Below, one piece after another: positions 1 through 9,715 of a DNA stretch of 64,000 bases. The position numbers were made by a program, and so were the translations under genes. The stretch spans positions 78,702 through 142,701 of the forward strand of contig JAHLMT010000001.1 in NCBI GenBank assembly GCA_018920185.1, written 5' to 3'. A model generated the notes under the pieces. The model was not told the DNA's origin. It saw nothing but the letters and a program-made list of their open reading frames with translations, and did no database searches. Each line of letters begins with the position of its first letter. The stretch's first letter is position 1. Source of the DNA: Candidatus Aenigmatarchaeota archaeon (GTDB taxonomy: Archaea > Aenigmatarchaeota > Aenigmatarchaeia > CG10238-14 > SCSR01).

Positions 1-48
1 TCGATCTACTAGATTTAGAATAAAACACTCCTAAAGTCTATAGAAGAA

Positions 49-180
49 TGGGCATGGTCGGATTTGAACCGACGACCCCCTGTTATCTTAGATATACGGA
101 GCAATGCCATATAAGACAGGTGCTCCAACCAGGCTATTAGCCACGATCTCCCTTTGTAGTATCGTGAAAGCTACATGCCC
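49..180 (-). tRNA. tRNA with two introns (about 132 nt precursor, 75 nt mature); candidate tRNA-Ile(UAU)
   Basis: On the minus strand the 5' end GGGCATG-TA-GCTT pairs with the 3' end CATGCCC plus discriminator A. The T-arm is GTCGG-TTCAAAT-CCGAC and the variable loop is GGGTC. The D-arm GCTT/GAGC with loop AGCCTGGTTG only forms after removing about 32 nt between positions 13 and 14. The anticodon stem CCTGT/ACAGG is interrupted by 32 nt, read as a 7-nt loop plus a 25-nt intron. Canonical 37/38 splicing gives the loop CTTATAA, anticodon UAU. Confidence 0.6.
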
Positions 181-217
181 TGTATTTATATCATTATCCA
201 CCGACTAATATTTATTA

Positions 218-1126
218 ATGTTTGATAAAACCATCTTGATAAATAAAGTAATTAATATTTTGCGTGAGAATGAATTTGAAATTTTTGTTACACACGGTTC
301 TTTTGATATAGCTGCACGAAGAGAGTATTTACTTCTGATAAAAATTTTATTAAATATAGACTCACTTGATGCGAAACATGCTTTAGATTTGCGCGTTATT
401 TCGTATTTTCTTTCAGCATATCCATTTATAATATCCCAAAGAAACAATAGAGAACACTTGAGTGACAATACAGTTTATTCTCGATTCGAATTACCAGTAA
501 TGACTCCTCATTTGTTTAAAATATTGCTCGAGGAAGAAGAAATGACTGTTACACACTCTTCTAAAGGAAGACATACACAGGAAATAAATACCTTCATTTT
601 GAAAGAAAAGAGAAAAGAACTAGGATTCACTCTGGAAGAACTAGCACAATATGTTGGGATATCCAAAAAAGCTATGTACGAAATTGAAAACAAACGTGTT
701 AATCCACAAAAAGAAACTGTTCGAAAGCTTGAGAGAATACTTGCAACAAGATTAACTTTACCTTACGAAATGAGACATTCAGAACCAGTATATCTGAAAC
801 CAAGAGATAACTTTCAAAAGAAAGTAAGTATGGAATTTTCAAGAATAGGAATAGACAATTCATCTGTTCATTCTTCACCGTTTGAAATTGTAGGGAAAGA
901 AAATTTCTCGCTGATAACTGGCTTATCTACCATACCTTCGGAAGTCAAAAATAAATTAGGAGAGATTAAACAACTATCTAGAATACTTTCATCTAAAGCT
1001 GTGGTGATTTCCAAAAGATCTTATAAGGAATCTTTTGAAGGCGTGCCAATTATCTCAGAACCAGAATTGCTCGAACTAAATTCTTCAAAAGAATTGTCAA
1101 AAATTATAGATGAAAGAAATGCTTAG
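218..1126 (+). CDS. putative HTH (XRE/Cro-C1 family) transcriptional regulator with N-terminal domain of unknown function
   Basis: A 302 aa ORF with a central HTH_3-like segment, LGFTLEELAQYVGISKKAMYEIENKRVNPQKETVRKLERIL. It sits divergent to the tRNA at 49-180. Confidence 0.55.
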   Translation: MFDKTILINKVINILRENEFEIFVTHGSFDIAARREYLLLIKILLNIDSLDAKHALDLRVISYFLSAYPFIISQRNNREHLSDNTVYSRFELPVMTPHLFKILLEEEEMTVTHSSKGRHTQEINTFILKEKRKELGFTLEELAQYVGISKKAMYEIENKRVNPQKETVRKLERILATRLTLPYEMRHSEPVYLKPRDNFQKKVSMEFSRIGIDNSSVHSSPFEIVGKENFSLITGLSTIPSEVKNKLGEIKQLSRILSSKAVVISKRSYKESFEGVPIISEPELLELNSSKELSKIIDERNA

Positions 1127-1581
1127 GTTCCAAGAAATGATAGATAAAATTAGAATACTTTATTCAAATGATATTGATCATCAGAAATAAGTTGTGCCCT
1201 CTAAGGTATTGTGTTCTACTATGCAGAAATTTAACTAGACAAAACAAAAGATTCACCGGCGAAGAAAAGGAGGAAATGATTAAAATGTGTAAATAAGCTT
1301 ATTCAAGCATATAGGTAAAAAGTTTTGGAGTTCACTCATATAGCATATCTTGTAGCCAGAGATTTCAGAGGAACTACAAAGAGAATTTTGAGAAATCTTA
1401 ATTTAGAAATTCTCGGGATTATTAGAGATTTATCTATTCGCTTCAATATAAGAAAAAGTTTCTCTCTTTAGAAAGAAGAAACGTTAAAAGAAGTTTGAAG
1501 TTAATAAAAAAGAAAGCTACATCAAGAGAAGTGTAAATATAATAGAAGGAATTTTGCACCCAAAGTAAGAAATATTTACAG

Positions 1582-2613
1582 TTACCTTATCCAGACTACT
1601 AAATCAGCTCTTTCAACTGCACAAATGCAACAATGACTCATCGACGGACCACTTTCACAACTAGCGAACCATGTTGCAAACCCACAGGAATCTCCTCTAT
1701 CTCCATTAGACCAACCATTAACTGCACAAGAGCAACCTGTACTTTGAGAATATATGGGACTACCCCATGAACTTGTGTAAGCTGCATCTGAAAGTAATTT
1801 TATATCGGCATTAATATTGTTTTCAAAAGCACGTTTTTGAAAAAACTCTTTTCCTTCACTTCCGCATCCATTTGATGACCAATCATTCGGGTTGCTTATT
1901 TTATTAAAAATAACTGCAGTAACGGGATTATTCATATCATATCTGTTTTGTTGCCTCCAGTAAGCACGTGTAATTTTTTCACCATTATTCAAAATAGTCT
2001 TTATATTGGAATCTGATAACTTAACTGAAGTAGGTGAATTAGGATTAGTTACACTTCCCTTTGCTCCTACGTCCCAACAGTTATTAGCTTCTGACGCTTT
2101 ACATACAGCGGCTAATGTCCATCCCCCATCATTAGTAGACATATCACAATAGACTTGGACATCAACGCCGTCCAGTTTTAAGGTATAAACACCATCACCC
2201 ACAGAACCACCGTTATTCAGAATTTCCAAACAACTTTTACCAGTTCCAGGACCAGTAATAGTCAATATAGCTGTACTGCACATGCTTGATGTGCACAGGC
2301 GTAGAGTGTGAGTCCCAACGGATAACATTGAAGGTATTAATGGTATTATTTCAGCAACCTGTCCAGGTTGTATGGGTTGCATTTTTAAATTTACAGACTG
2401 CCCGTCTAAAGTTGCTGTAATTTTAGTTATTTCTGATGTCCCATCATTTCTTATAGTTACCTTACTTCCCGTTGAACCTATTACAGAAAATGGGGTAGCT
2501 AATCTTGAAGTAAATGTCCCAGAAATATAAAGGTAAGCTGTTCCTGCTAGAGCAATTGTAATCATCAGCATTAAAATAACACCAATAACAGTGGAAATTC
2601 CTTTGTTTTCCAT
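1582..2613 (-). CDS. type IV pilin-like protein (class III signal peptide) with C-terminal fibrinogen-related (FReD-like) Cys-rich domain
   Basis: The N-terminus MENKGISTVIGVILMLMITIALAGTAYLY is an archaeal prepilin (DUF361-type) signal. The C-terminal half contains GVYTLKLDGVDVQVYCDMSTNDGGWTL, matching the FReD hallmark (VYCDM.TDGGGWTV), followed by a Cys-rich tail. Confidence 0.7.
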   Translation of the reverse strand: MENKGISTVIGVILMLMITIALAGTAYLYISGTFTSRLATPFSVIGSTGSKVTIRNDGTSEITKITATLDGQSVNLKMQPIQPGQVAEIIPLIPSMLSVGTHTLRLCTSSMCSTAILTITGPGTGKSCLEILNNGGSVGDGVYTLKLDGVDVQVYCDMSTNDGGWTLAAVCKASEANNCWDVGAKGSVTNPNSPTSVKLSDSNIKTILNNGEKITRAYWRQQNRYDMNNPVTAVIFNKISNPNDWSSNGCGSEGKEFFQKRAFENNINADIKLLSDAAYTSSWGSPIYSQSTGCSCAVNGWSNGDRGDSCGFATWFASCESGPSMSHCCICAVERADLVVWIR

Positions 2614-2811
2614 AATTAACTATTGGAATGAATACAAAAAAGTTTTTGACATTACAACCATATCCAAGTACTATTTACCAAGACCGATTTGTTTCCATTT
2701 GATTAAATCATATAAACCGGATTATTTCAGATAATTTTCATCTTTTTTCTCAAATTAGCTATTTTACCCAACTTACAGATAAAACCAAAAGATTTAAATA
2801 TGTGTATGTAG

Positions 2812-2832
2812 GTATATTTAATATTCTTTTTA
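2812..2832 (+). promoter_or_regulatory. putative TATA/BRE region for the thermosome gene (leaderless transcript)
   Basis: AT-rich TATA-like elements (TATATTTAATATTC, CTTTTTATAG) lie about 20-35 nt upstream of the ATG at 2847. No Shine-Dalgarno spacing is needed if the transcript is leaderless. Confidence 0.25.
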
Positions 2833-2846
2833 TAGACGGTGAAATA

Positions 2847-4499
2847 ATGGTTCAAGCTATGGTCGGTCAATTAGGAGGTCAGCCAGTCTTAATTCTCCCA
2901 GAAGGTGCTGTGAGAACTACGGGTAGAGATGCTCAGAAAAACAACATAGTAGCTGCCAAAGCAGTAGCCGACGCGGTAAGAACTACACTCGGTCCAAAAG
3001 GTATGGACAAGATGCTTGTCGATTCTATTGGTGACATCGTCATCACTAACGACGGCGTAACAATTTTGGAAGAAATGGAAATCGAACATCCTGCTGCAAA
3101 GATGATGGTTGAGGTTGCCAAAACACAAAACGAAGAAGTTGGCGATGGCACTACATCAGCTGTTATAATCGCAGGAGAATTGTTGAAAAAAGCCGAAGAA
3201 TTACTGGAACAGGATATACACCCCACAGTAATCACAAAAGGATTCAAAATTGCAAAAGAAGAAGCATTAAAAATCATGGAAGATATAGGAAAGCCAGTCT
3301 CTCTTGACGATACAGAAATTCTGAAGAAAATAGCTATTACAGCAATGTCCGGAAAATCTGTTGAACGCGCATCACCAAAGATAGCTGAACTTGTTGTTGA
3401 AGCTGTCAAGACTGTTGCAGAGACTAGAAACGGTAAAGTTCACGTCGACACAGACAACATCAAAAGAGAAAAGAAACACGGCGGCAGTTCGGAGGATACA
3501 GAATTGGTTCGTGGAATTGTTATAGATAAAGAAGTTGTCCATCCTGCAATGCCAAAGATTGTTAACGATGCAAAGATTGCCTTATTGGATGTTGCTTTAG
3601 AAGTGAAGGAAACCGAGACTGATGCTGAAATTAGAATCACATCACCAGAACAAATGCAAGCTTTCATCGAACAAGAACAGAAAATGTTGAAGGACATGGT
3701 TGATAAAGTTGTATCATCAGGTGCGAATGTTTTGATTTGCCAGAAAGGAATCGATGACATTGCACAGCATTATCTTGCTAAAAAGAAAATCCTTGCATGC
3801 AGAAGGGTGAAGAAATCTGATATGGAGGCTCTTGCTAAAGCGACTGGTGGGAGAATAGTTTCTAATCTGGAAGATTTATCGCCAGAAGATTTAGGTTATG
3901 CCAAGGTTGTTGAAGAAAGAAAAATTGCAGGAGAAGCAATGACATTTATAAGAGATTGCAAAGATCCCAAAGCCGTGACAATATTAGTTCGTGGTTCTAC
4001 AGAACATGTAGTCGATGAAGTAGATAGGAGTGTGGAAGATGCCATAGGTGCCGTTGCTTCTGCTGTTGAGGTGGGTAAAGTTGTTCCTGGAGCAGGTGCT
4101 CCCGAAGCAGAAGTTGCAAAGAGATTAAGAAAATTTGCTGAACAATTTTCGGGACGAGAACAGCTTGCAATAAAAGCATTTGCAGATGCTTTAGAAGTAA
4201 TTCCACGCAGTTTAGCTGAGAATGCAGGCTTAGATCCTATTGATATACTGGTTGCATTAAGAGCTGCGCACGATCAAGGCAAAGTCTCATACGGTGTTGG
4301 CGTTTTTGACGGTGTTGCTATTGACGCTTTCGACAACGGTATTATTGAACCTTTGAAAGTAAAGACACAAGCAATTAAATCAGCTGCAGAAGCTGCAGAG
4401 ATGATATTGAGAATTGATGATGTGATTACGGCAAGTAAGCTTAGTAAGGGCGGCGGTCCAAGTACACCCCCTGGAGCAAGCGAAGGCGGAGAAGAGTAA
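2847..4499 (+). CDS. ths: thermosome subunit (group II chaperonin)
   Basis: The N-terminus [30 protein letters not shown] is typical of thermosomes, and the protein carries the TCP-1/cpn60 motif [12 protein letters not shown]. The start moved to the internal ATG at 2847, in frame with the ORF called from 2802. The C-terminal GGM-like tail is also present. Confidence 0.93.
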   Translation: MVQAMVGQLGGQPVLILPEGAVRTTGRDAQKNNIVAAKAVADAVRTTLGPKGMDKMLVDSIGDIVITNDGVTILEEMEIEHPAAKMMVEVAKTQNEEVGDGTTSAVIIAGELLKKAEELLEQDIHPTVITKGFKIAKEEALKIMEDIGKPVSLDDTEILKKIAITAMSGKSVERASPKIAELVVEAVKTVAETRNGKVHVDTDNIKREKKHGGSSEDTELVRGIVIDKEVVHPAMPKIVNDAKIALLDVALEVKETETDAEIRITSPEQMQAFIEQEQKMLKDMVDKVVSSGANVLICQKGIDDIAQHYLAKKKILACRRVKKSDMEALAKATGGRIVSNLEDLSPEDLGYAKVVEERKIAGEAMTFIRDCKDPKAVTILVRGSTEHVVDEVDRSVEDAIGAVASAVEVGKVVPGAGAPEAEVAKRLRKFAEQFSGREQLAIKAFADALEVIPRSLAENAGLDPIDILVALRAAHDQGKVSYGVGVFDGVAIDAFDNGIIEPLKVKTQAIKSAAEAAEMILRIDDVITASKLSKGGGPSTPPGASEGGEE

Positions 4500-4883
4500 G
4501 ATAAATTTTACGAAAAATTCTTCTCCTTCAAGCATGTGTATGGAACTAGTACTACATTATCAGATAAAATAAGCATCCCTACATGTTACTATCGAGAAGC
4601 AAAAGTTGAATCAAGAAACCCTTTTAGAGGCGATTGTTAGAATTGAACAATCAAACTAGTAACTACTGCATTTTAACAGTAAATAAACGAAATCCAAAAG
4701 GAAAACAGATTGTATATAGACTAAAATTGTGATGGCAAAGTAGATGTGTATGTGGGTGAACAACTAATTTCAAGAAACAACACGTTCGGAAACAATCAAG
4801 ATTCAATTTATAAAGCAAAGCTTAGAATACTTGGTGAACACTGAATCAAAAGCTTTTATTTCACGTTTTTCAAATAATATAAA

Positions 4884-5360
4884 GTGAGCATGCCCATCAG
4901 AGACGAGGAAGAATTTGAACTAGTTCCTTTATCGCCGATAAGAAGATTAGAAAAAAGAATTGAAAAGCTCGAAAATACTGCCGGTGGTGTTGATGTCAGA
5001 GAATTTTTCCGTGAACTCATTGCAATAATTAGAATGAATCAAGAAATTGTGGATGAGTTAGCTAAATCAAGCGATGCTCTACGAGTTGAACTTGCAAAAC
5101 TACCGGCAAAGATAGATGAAGTTATAAAAAATCTCAATGAGTTGATATCCTATATTAGAGCAGCAGCAACAGAAGAAGCTATGCAAATTCCCCCAACTGT
5201 ATTTCAACCATTAGCAGAAAAACTTGATCAATTGATAGCAGCTAATCAAAAAATAATAGAAAACAATGAAAACATCTCAGGTTTGTTAGAGTCGATAGAA
5301 AAGAAACTCAAGCCGCCATTACCACCAAAACCACCGATACTAAGACCTATACAGAGATAA
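4884..5360 (+). CDS. hypothetical coiled-coil protein with Pro-rich C-terminus (first gene of pilus locus?)
   Basis: A 158 aa, strongly heptad-like ORF ending KLKPPLPPKPPILRPIQR. The start may instead be the ATG at 4890. Confidence 0.5.
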   Translation: MSMPIRDEEEFELVPLSPIRRLEKRIEKLENTAGGVDVREFFRELIAIIRMNQEIVDELAKSSDALRVELAKLPAKIDEVIKNLNELISYIRAAATEEAMQIPPTVFQPLAEKLDQLIAANQKIIENNENISGLLESIEKKLKPPLPPKPPILRPIQR

Positions 5361-5413
5361 ACCACAGTTGATTAGTTATAAATCTAAAAAAACTAAATAA
5401 ATTAAAGGATTGT

Positions 5414-6061
5414 ATGAACTCAAAAGCTGTATCCACAGTTATTGCAGCTGCACTTATTGTTGCAATTGCTCTAGGTTTAACATCTACAGCTTATATCTGG
5501 GGAACCCCGTTGATAGAAAAAAGACAAGAAGCTTCAGTTACAGAAAGAGTTTACAACCAATTCTTACAAACTAACCAAAATTCACTACCAAAAATAATAG
5601 AAGATGTTGCAAATAACAGAGGTGTAAGAAGCTTTACAATTGGTACAAATGGTGCATGGGTATTAAACGCTAATGAAGACTCGATAGAATTTACCTTTAC
5701 AAGTAAGACATCCAATGTAGCAGCAAATATGCAGAATCCTATATCACTAACTCCAGGTGTTCAGTGTACAGGCCAACAGAATTCACCATCACCAGCAGTT
5801 GGCGTATTAGGTCAGGACAGCTCTTCGGTTGTCTGCGTGTCGGCTACTACAGTCGGTGATACTTTTGAAATTAAATACAAAATCTGGTTCCGTGAGTTAG
5901 TAGATAATCCATTTTCACCAACTCAAAAATTCAAAATTGATTTAGAAAAAGATCCAACAGGACTTGACAGATCTTCAAGTAAAACAATAAAAATAACTTT
6001 TGGTGAGAGCGTAACAAGCGGAACATTAATTACAAAGAAAATACTAATTCTACTTATATGA
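5414..6061 (+). CDS. archaeal type IV pilin-like protein (class III signal peptide)
   Basis: The N-terminus MNSKAVSTVIAAALIVAIALGLTSTAYIWG matches the K-A-V-S-T-V-I archaellin/pilin N-terminal domain. Its end overlaps the next ORF (ATGA). Confidence 0.75.
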   Translation: MNSKAVSTVIAAALIVAIALGLTSTAYIWGTPLIEKRQEASVTERVYNQFLQTNQNSLPKIIEDVANNRGVRSFTIGTNGAWVLNANEDSIEFTFTSKTSNVAANMQNPISLTPGVQCTGQQNSPSPAVGVLGQDSSSVVCVSATTVGDTFEIKYKIWFRELVDNPFSPTQKFKIDLEKDPTGLDRSSSKTIKITFGESVTSGTLITKKILILLI

Positions 6062-6477
6062 AAGCTGTCTCTCTAATAGTCCAATTCGTTATTTTCTTTA
6101 CTATAGGCTTGTCATTTTTCTTATTAATAGGTAATCTCTTCAAATTTCAATCAGATTTGATTAAGCGCGACATACTCGAATCTGGTTCAACACTTTCTTT
6201 AAATCAACTATCGGCTGCTTTAATCAACGCAGTAAACTCATGCAAATCGTGCAATAACGTATCTATAAAAATTGATCAGAAACCTATTGCTGAATACACT
6301 CAAATTTATCAACTATCTGATAATTTAATCCTTAAGATAGAACCAGAAAACAAAATAATCAAATCATCTTTGCATAACTTGAATTATTCAATAAATTCTG
6401 ACCCGACAGAATTTTCAGCATCTAAAACAATAACTTTAACATACGACAGAACCAACAATAAATTAGTGATCAAATGA
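6058..6477 (+). CDS. small pilin-like / FlaF-FlaG-like membrane-anchored protein
   Basis: MKAVSLIVQFVIFFTIGLSFFLLIGNL resembles a class III signal / N-terminal TM. The start is translationally coupled (4-nt overlap) to the flanking genes. Confidence 0.55.
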   Translation: MKAVSLIVQFVIFFTIGLSFFLLIGNLFKFQSDLIKRDILESGSTLSLNQLSAALINAVNSCKSCNNVSIKIDQKPIAEYTQIYQLSDNLILKIEPENKIIKSSLHNLNYSINSDPTEFSASKTITLTYDRTNNKLVIK

Positions 6478-8846
6478 ATCCAAGATTCTCTTTGTTCCAA
6501 AAATTAATCAAAGGCTATAGAATAGCAAAAGTAAGCGAATACATTGGAAAATCTGAGCCAGTCCTAGGACAACCAAAATACATTCCAAGTTTACCGAAGC
6601 CAACAACTGTAGGAGAAGTAGCTAGAGCTTTTAATCTGCCTACAACAATGGTAGAAAAACTCTATAATGAAATAAAACAAATCCAAAAACTATCAGAAGA
6701 GCCTGTCGGTGACCCCACAAGTCTAAAAAATAAAATTGAAGATGTGGAGAAAATTGCAGCAAATACAGGAGTGTACATCCTCCCGGAGGTATACAATGCT
6801 ATCAAGCAAGCCAAAGAAAAAGTTCGTGAACTAGAGTTAAACACAGTATCTGATATAGATCCTTTACTTGAAGCCAGAAAGCAGATAGAAGAACTAGAAA
6901 AAGAAAAGAGAATTTTAGAAGCTGCCAAAGCTGCAGCGATGGAAAAATATTATAATCGTGAAATTGACGAAGCTTCTCTTAAAAATATAATTGATAACTA
7001 TGAACAGAGACTTGTTGAAAATGATGTAAGAATTAAAAGCTGGAAAGAAGAGCTAGAAAAATTAGAAAAAGAACCCCAGCTTGCAAGAAAAACTCCAGAA
7101 GAAAAGAAAGAAAGATTTCTTGCAGTCATGCAAGCAGTCAAATCGGGTGAAACAAAAGCTTTTGCACAAATCTCAAAAATACCTCTACCTACATTGCAAC
7201 CTTTAGTAAACGTTCAAATTCCACAACCTTCGACTCCACCACAACTCTTTAAACCAATAAAAACTGTAGAAAGAATAGAAGGGCTTGAAATACCACGCGC
7301 TCCTAAAAAGGCAATAAAAATAAGTTCAATTGAAACCGAAGAAGAAACACCTCATATTTCTCTTACCTATCCTTTAATTCCTAGATTTCCATCAAAAGGC
7401 GACTATGTTTTTGCTTATGCAAAAATTTTCTGGGACGATACTAACAACAGATATGTTTACTATCTTGTTGAGCCAAAACTAACAGAAAAACTGAAAGAAA
7501 TTTATCAAAAAGTTAAGGAAATGCTAGAACAAAGACTTGACATAGATTTTTCTAAGCTGAAGAAAATCGAAGCAAAAGAATTTCTCGATAAACAAATCGA
7601 CGATATTTTGAACTACTTTAACTTCATTCTAACCAAAAAAGAAAAGGAAATTTTGAGATATTACATGTTCAGAGATTTCACAGGCTTAGAGATGATAGAA
7701 CCCTTAATTCAAGATCCCAATATCGAAGATATCAGTTGTGATGGTGTTGGAATCCCAATATTCGTTTTCCACAGAAATCCCGATATAGGGTCAATAGCAA
7801 CAAATATAAAATTCATTAACTCAGACCAACTAGATTCGTTTATAATAAAATTAGCACAAATGTGTGGAAAATCTATATCTATATCAGAACCTTTACTTGA
7901 CGGAACATTACCAGACGGTAGTAGAGTACAAGCAACTCTAGGAACCGATATTGCAAGAAGAGGTTCGAATTTTACAATCAGAAAATTTACAGAAATTCCT
8001 TTAACACCCGTACATTTCATGAACTATGGAACAGTGGACTCAAGCATTCTAGCATACTTATGGTTTGTTATCGACTACGGTAGAAGTGTTCTGATTTCTG
8101 GTGGTACGGCTTCAGGCAAGACTTCTATGTTAAATGTTCTTTCTCTCTTTATCAGACCTGAGAAAAAGATAGTATCAATTGAAGATACTGCCGAGTTAAG
8201 ATTACCACATTATCACTGGGTACCTGTAGTTGCAAGAACTGCTATTGGAACGGAAGGTAAAGGTGAAGTTGATATGTTTGAACTGTTAAGAGAAAGTTTA
8301 CGACAGAGACCCGATTATATTGTAGTAGGTGAAGTTAGGGGGAAAGAAGCATATATCTTATTTCAACAAATGAGTACAGGTCACCCTTCTCTCGCAACCA
8401 TTCACTCTGAAAATATGGCACGACTAGTCAACAGACTAACAACACCACCTATTTCATTACCTGCAGGATTGATCACAGCTTTAGATATAGTGATTTTTCT
8501 TGCACGTATGAAATATAAAAACAAATTTGTCAGAAAAGTCGTTGAAATTGACGAGATTGTTGATTTTGATCTAAACACAAACACACCAATCATCAATCAA
8601 ATCTTTAAATGGGATCCCAAAACTGATAAGTTTGAAATAACAGGTAAAAGCATCTCACTCAAGAAAGTATCGGATTTTACAGGAATTTCTGAAAAAGATA
8701 TCAAAGATGAAATCGAACGAAGAATTGTTGTACTAGAGTGGATGAAGGAGAATAACATAACAGATTATCGAGATGTTCATAGAATATTTTCTATTTATTA
8801 TAACGATCCAGCAAGCTTATTATCATATATACAAGGTGCTGGGTAG
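6474..8846 (+). CDS. FlaI/GspE/VirB11-family secretion ATPase (type IV pilus assembly ATPase) with about 290 aa N-terminal coiled-coil extension
   Basis: Walker A LISGGTASGKTSMLNVL, the Asp/His boxes, YIVVGEVRGKEAYILFQQMSTGHPSLATIHS, and a FlaI-like N-domain (YPLIP.FPSKGDYVFAYAKIF). The first roughly 290 aa are coiled-coil-rich with no FlaI counterpart. Confidence 0.85.
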   Translation: MNPRFSLFQKLIKGYRIAKVSEYIGKSEPVLGQPKYIPSLPKPTTVGEVARAFNLPTTMVEKLYNEIKQIQKLSEEPVGDPTSLKNKIEDVEKIAANTGVYILPEVYNAIKQAKEKVRELELNTVSDIDPLLEARKQIEELEKEKRILEAAKAAAMEKYYNREIDEASLKNIIDNYEQRLVENDVRIKSWKEELEKLEKEPQLARKTPEEKKERFLAVMQAVKSGETKAFAQISKIPLPTLQPLVNVQIPQPSTPPQLFKPIKTVERIEGLEIPRAPKKAIKISSIETEEETPHISLTYPLIPRFPSKGDYVFAYAKIFWDDTNNRYVYYLVEPKLTEKLKEIYQKVKEMLEQRLDIDFSKLKKIEAKEFLDKQIDDILNYFNFILTKKEKEILRYYMFRDFTGLEMIEPLIQDPNIEDISCDGVGIPIFVFHRNPDIGSIATNIKFINSDQLDSFIIKLAQMCGKSISISEPLLDGTLPDGSRVQATLGTDIARRGSNFTIRKFTEIPLTPVHFMNYGTVDSSILAYLWFVIDYGRSVLISGGTASGKTSMLNVLSLFIRPEKKIVSIEDTAELRLPHYHWVPVVARTAIGTEGKGEVDMFELLRESLRQRPDYIVVGEVRGKEAYILFQQMSTGHPSLATIHSENMARLVNRLTTPPISLPAGLITALDIVIFLARMKYKNKFVRKVVEIDEIVDFDLNTNTPIINQIFKWDPKTDKFEITGKSISLKKVSDFTGISEKDIKDEIERRIVVLEWMKENNITDYRDVHRIFSIYYNDPASLLSYIQGAG

Positions 8847-9715
8847 TGGGATTTTACACAAGAGTAGCATTCACACTTTTTGGCAGATTTAGTGATAATT
8901 TAATAGTTTTCTTTCCAGATTTGTCAGATAATTTGAAAAAAGCTGGAATGAAAATTTCTAGTAAAGAGTACATAAGTACAGGAATATTAACATCTTTTTT
9001 ATTTTTCCTCATTGAAATACCATTGCTATCTTTTATTTTTGGTATGTTTTTCCGAAGTGTGATATTAAGTGTAATAACAGCAATTACATTATCTGCACTG
9101 CTTACAATAATAATTTTTTATTTGTTTACAAAATATCCCAACACAGTTGTGGCAGATAGAGCAAAAAAGATAGACACTTATCTACCGTTTGCATCTTTAT
9201 TTCTCTCAACAATTGCTGGTACAAAATTACCTCTAGATCAAGTTTTTAAATTTTTTGTAAAAAATAGCAAATACGGAGAAGTAACCAATCAATTTCAAAT
9301 GATAACTAACGATGTGGAAGCTTTTGGGTTGGACGTTCATACAGCATTGCAAAGAGCTATAGATAGAACACCATCAAAAAAATTGAGAGAAATGTTATAC
9401 GGATTGTTATCTACATCACTCTCAGGCGGAGATGTTGCTATTTATTTGAGAGAAAAAGCTGCAAATCAAATGGAAGATTATAGGCTATCAATAACTCAAT
9501 TCTCTAAAAAATTGGTTTTATTTATCGAGATTTATCTCACAGCAATAGTTTTAGGTGCTATATTTTTTGTAATCCTTACATCGATATTTTCTGGAATTTC
9601 TGGAGTTTCCAGCAACATAATTTTATTACAGTCTCTGATTATTTTTATTTTCCTACCACTGCTGTCACTTCTTTTCATTCTTTTAGTTAAAATATCTTCG
9701 CCAATAGGAGAATGA
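8846..9715 (+). CDS. type II secretion system F-domain membrane protein (TadB/FlaJ N-half-like)
   Basis: A polytopic membrane protein with the T2SSF motif region LREMLYGLLSTSLSGGDVAIYLREKAANQMEDYR. It has a GTG start overlapping the ATPase stop. A downstream ATG (MKISSK) is an alternative start. Confidence 0.7.
   Translation: MGFYTRVAFTLFGRFSDNLIVFFPDLSDNLKKAGMKISSKEYISTGILTSFLFFLIEIPLLSFIFGMFFRSVILSVITAITLSALLTIIIFYLFTKYPNTVVADRAKKIDTYLPFASLFLSTIAGTKLPLDQVFKFFVKNSKYGEVTNQFQMITNDVEAFGLDVHTALQRAIDRTPSKKLREMLYGLLSTSLSGGDVAIYLREKAANQMEDYRLSITQFSKKLVLFIEIYLTAIVLGAIFFVILTSIFSGISGVSSNIILLQSLIIFIFLPLLSLLFILLVKISSPIGE

Noticed and set aside
205-693. Minus-strand ORFs (205-468, 508-693) overlapping the HTH regulator gene
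   Set aside because: They are antisense to a longer ORF that has a recognisable HTH domain. They are low-complexity with no motifs, typical of AT-rich spurious frames.
2889-4206. Several antisense ORFs inside the thermosome gene (2889-3128, 2933-3409, 3440-3760, 3997-4206)
   Set aside because: They lie wholly within a highly conserved chaperonin coding region on the opposite strand. They are Ser/Thr/Cys-rich low-complexity translations with no independent support.
4700-4860. GTGATGG ... CTGA pair in the thermosome downstream intergenic region as a C/D sRNA
   Set aside because: The boxes are about 115 nt apart, too long for an archaeal C/D sRNA. No kink-turn-compatible terminal stem is seen.
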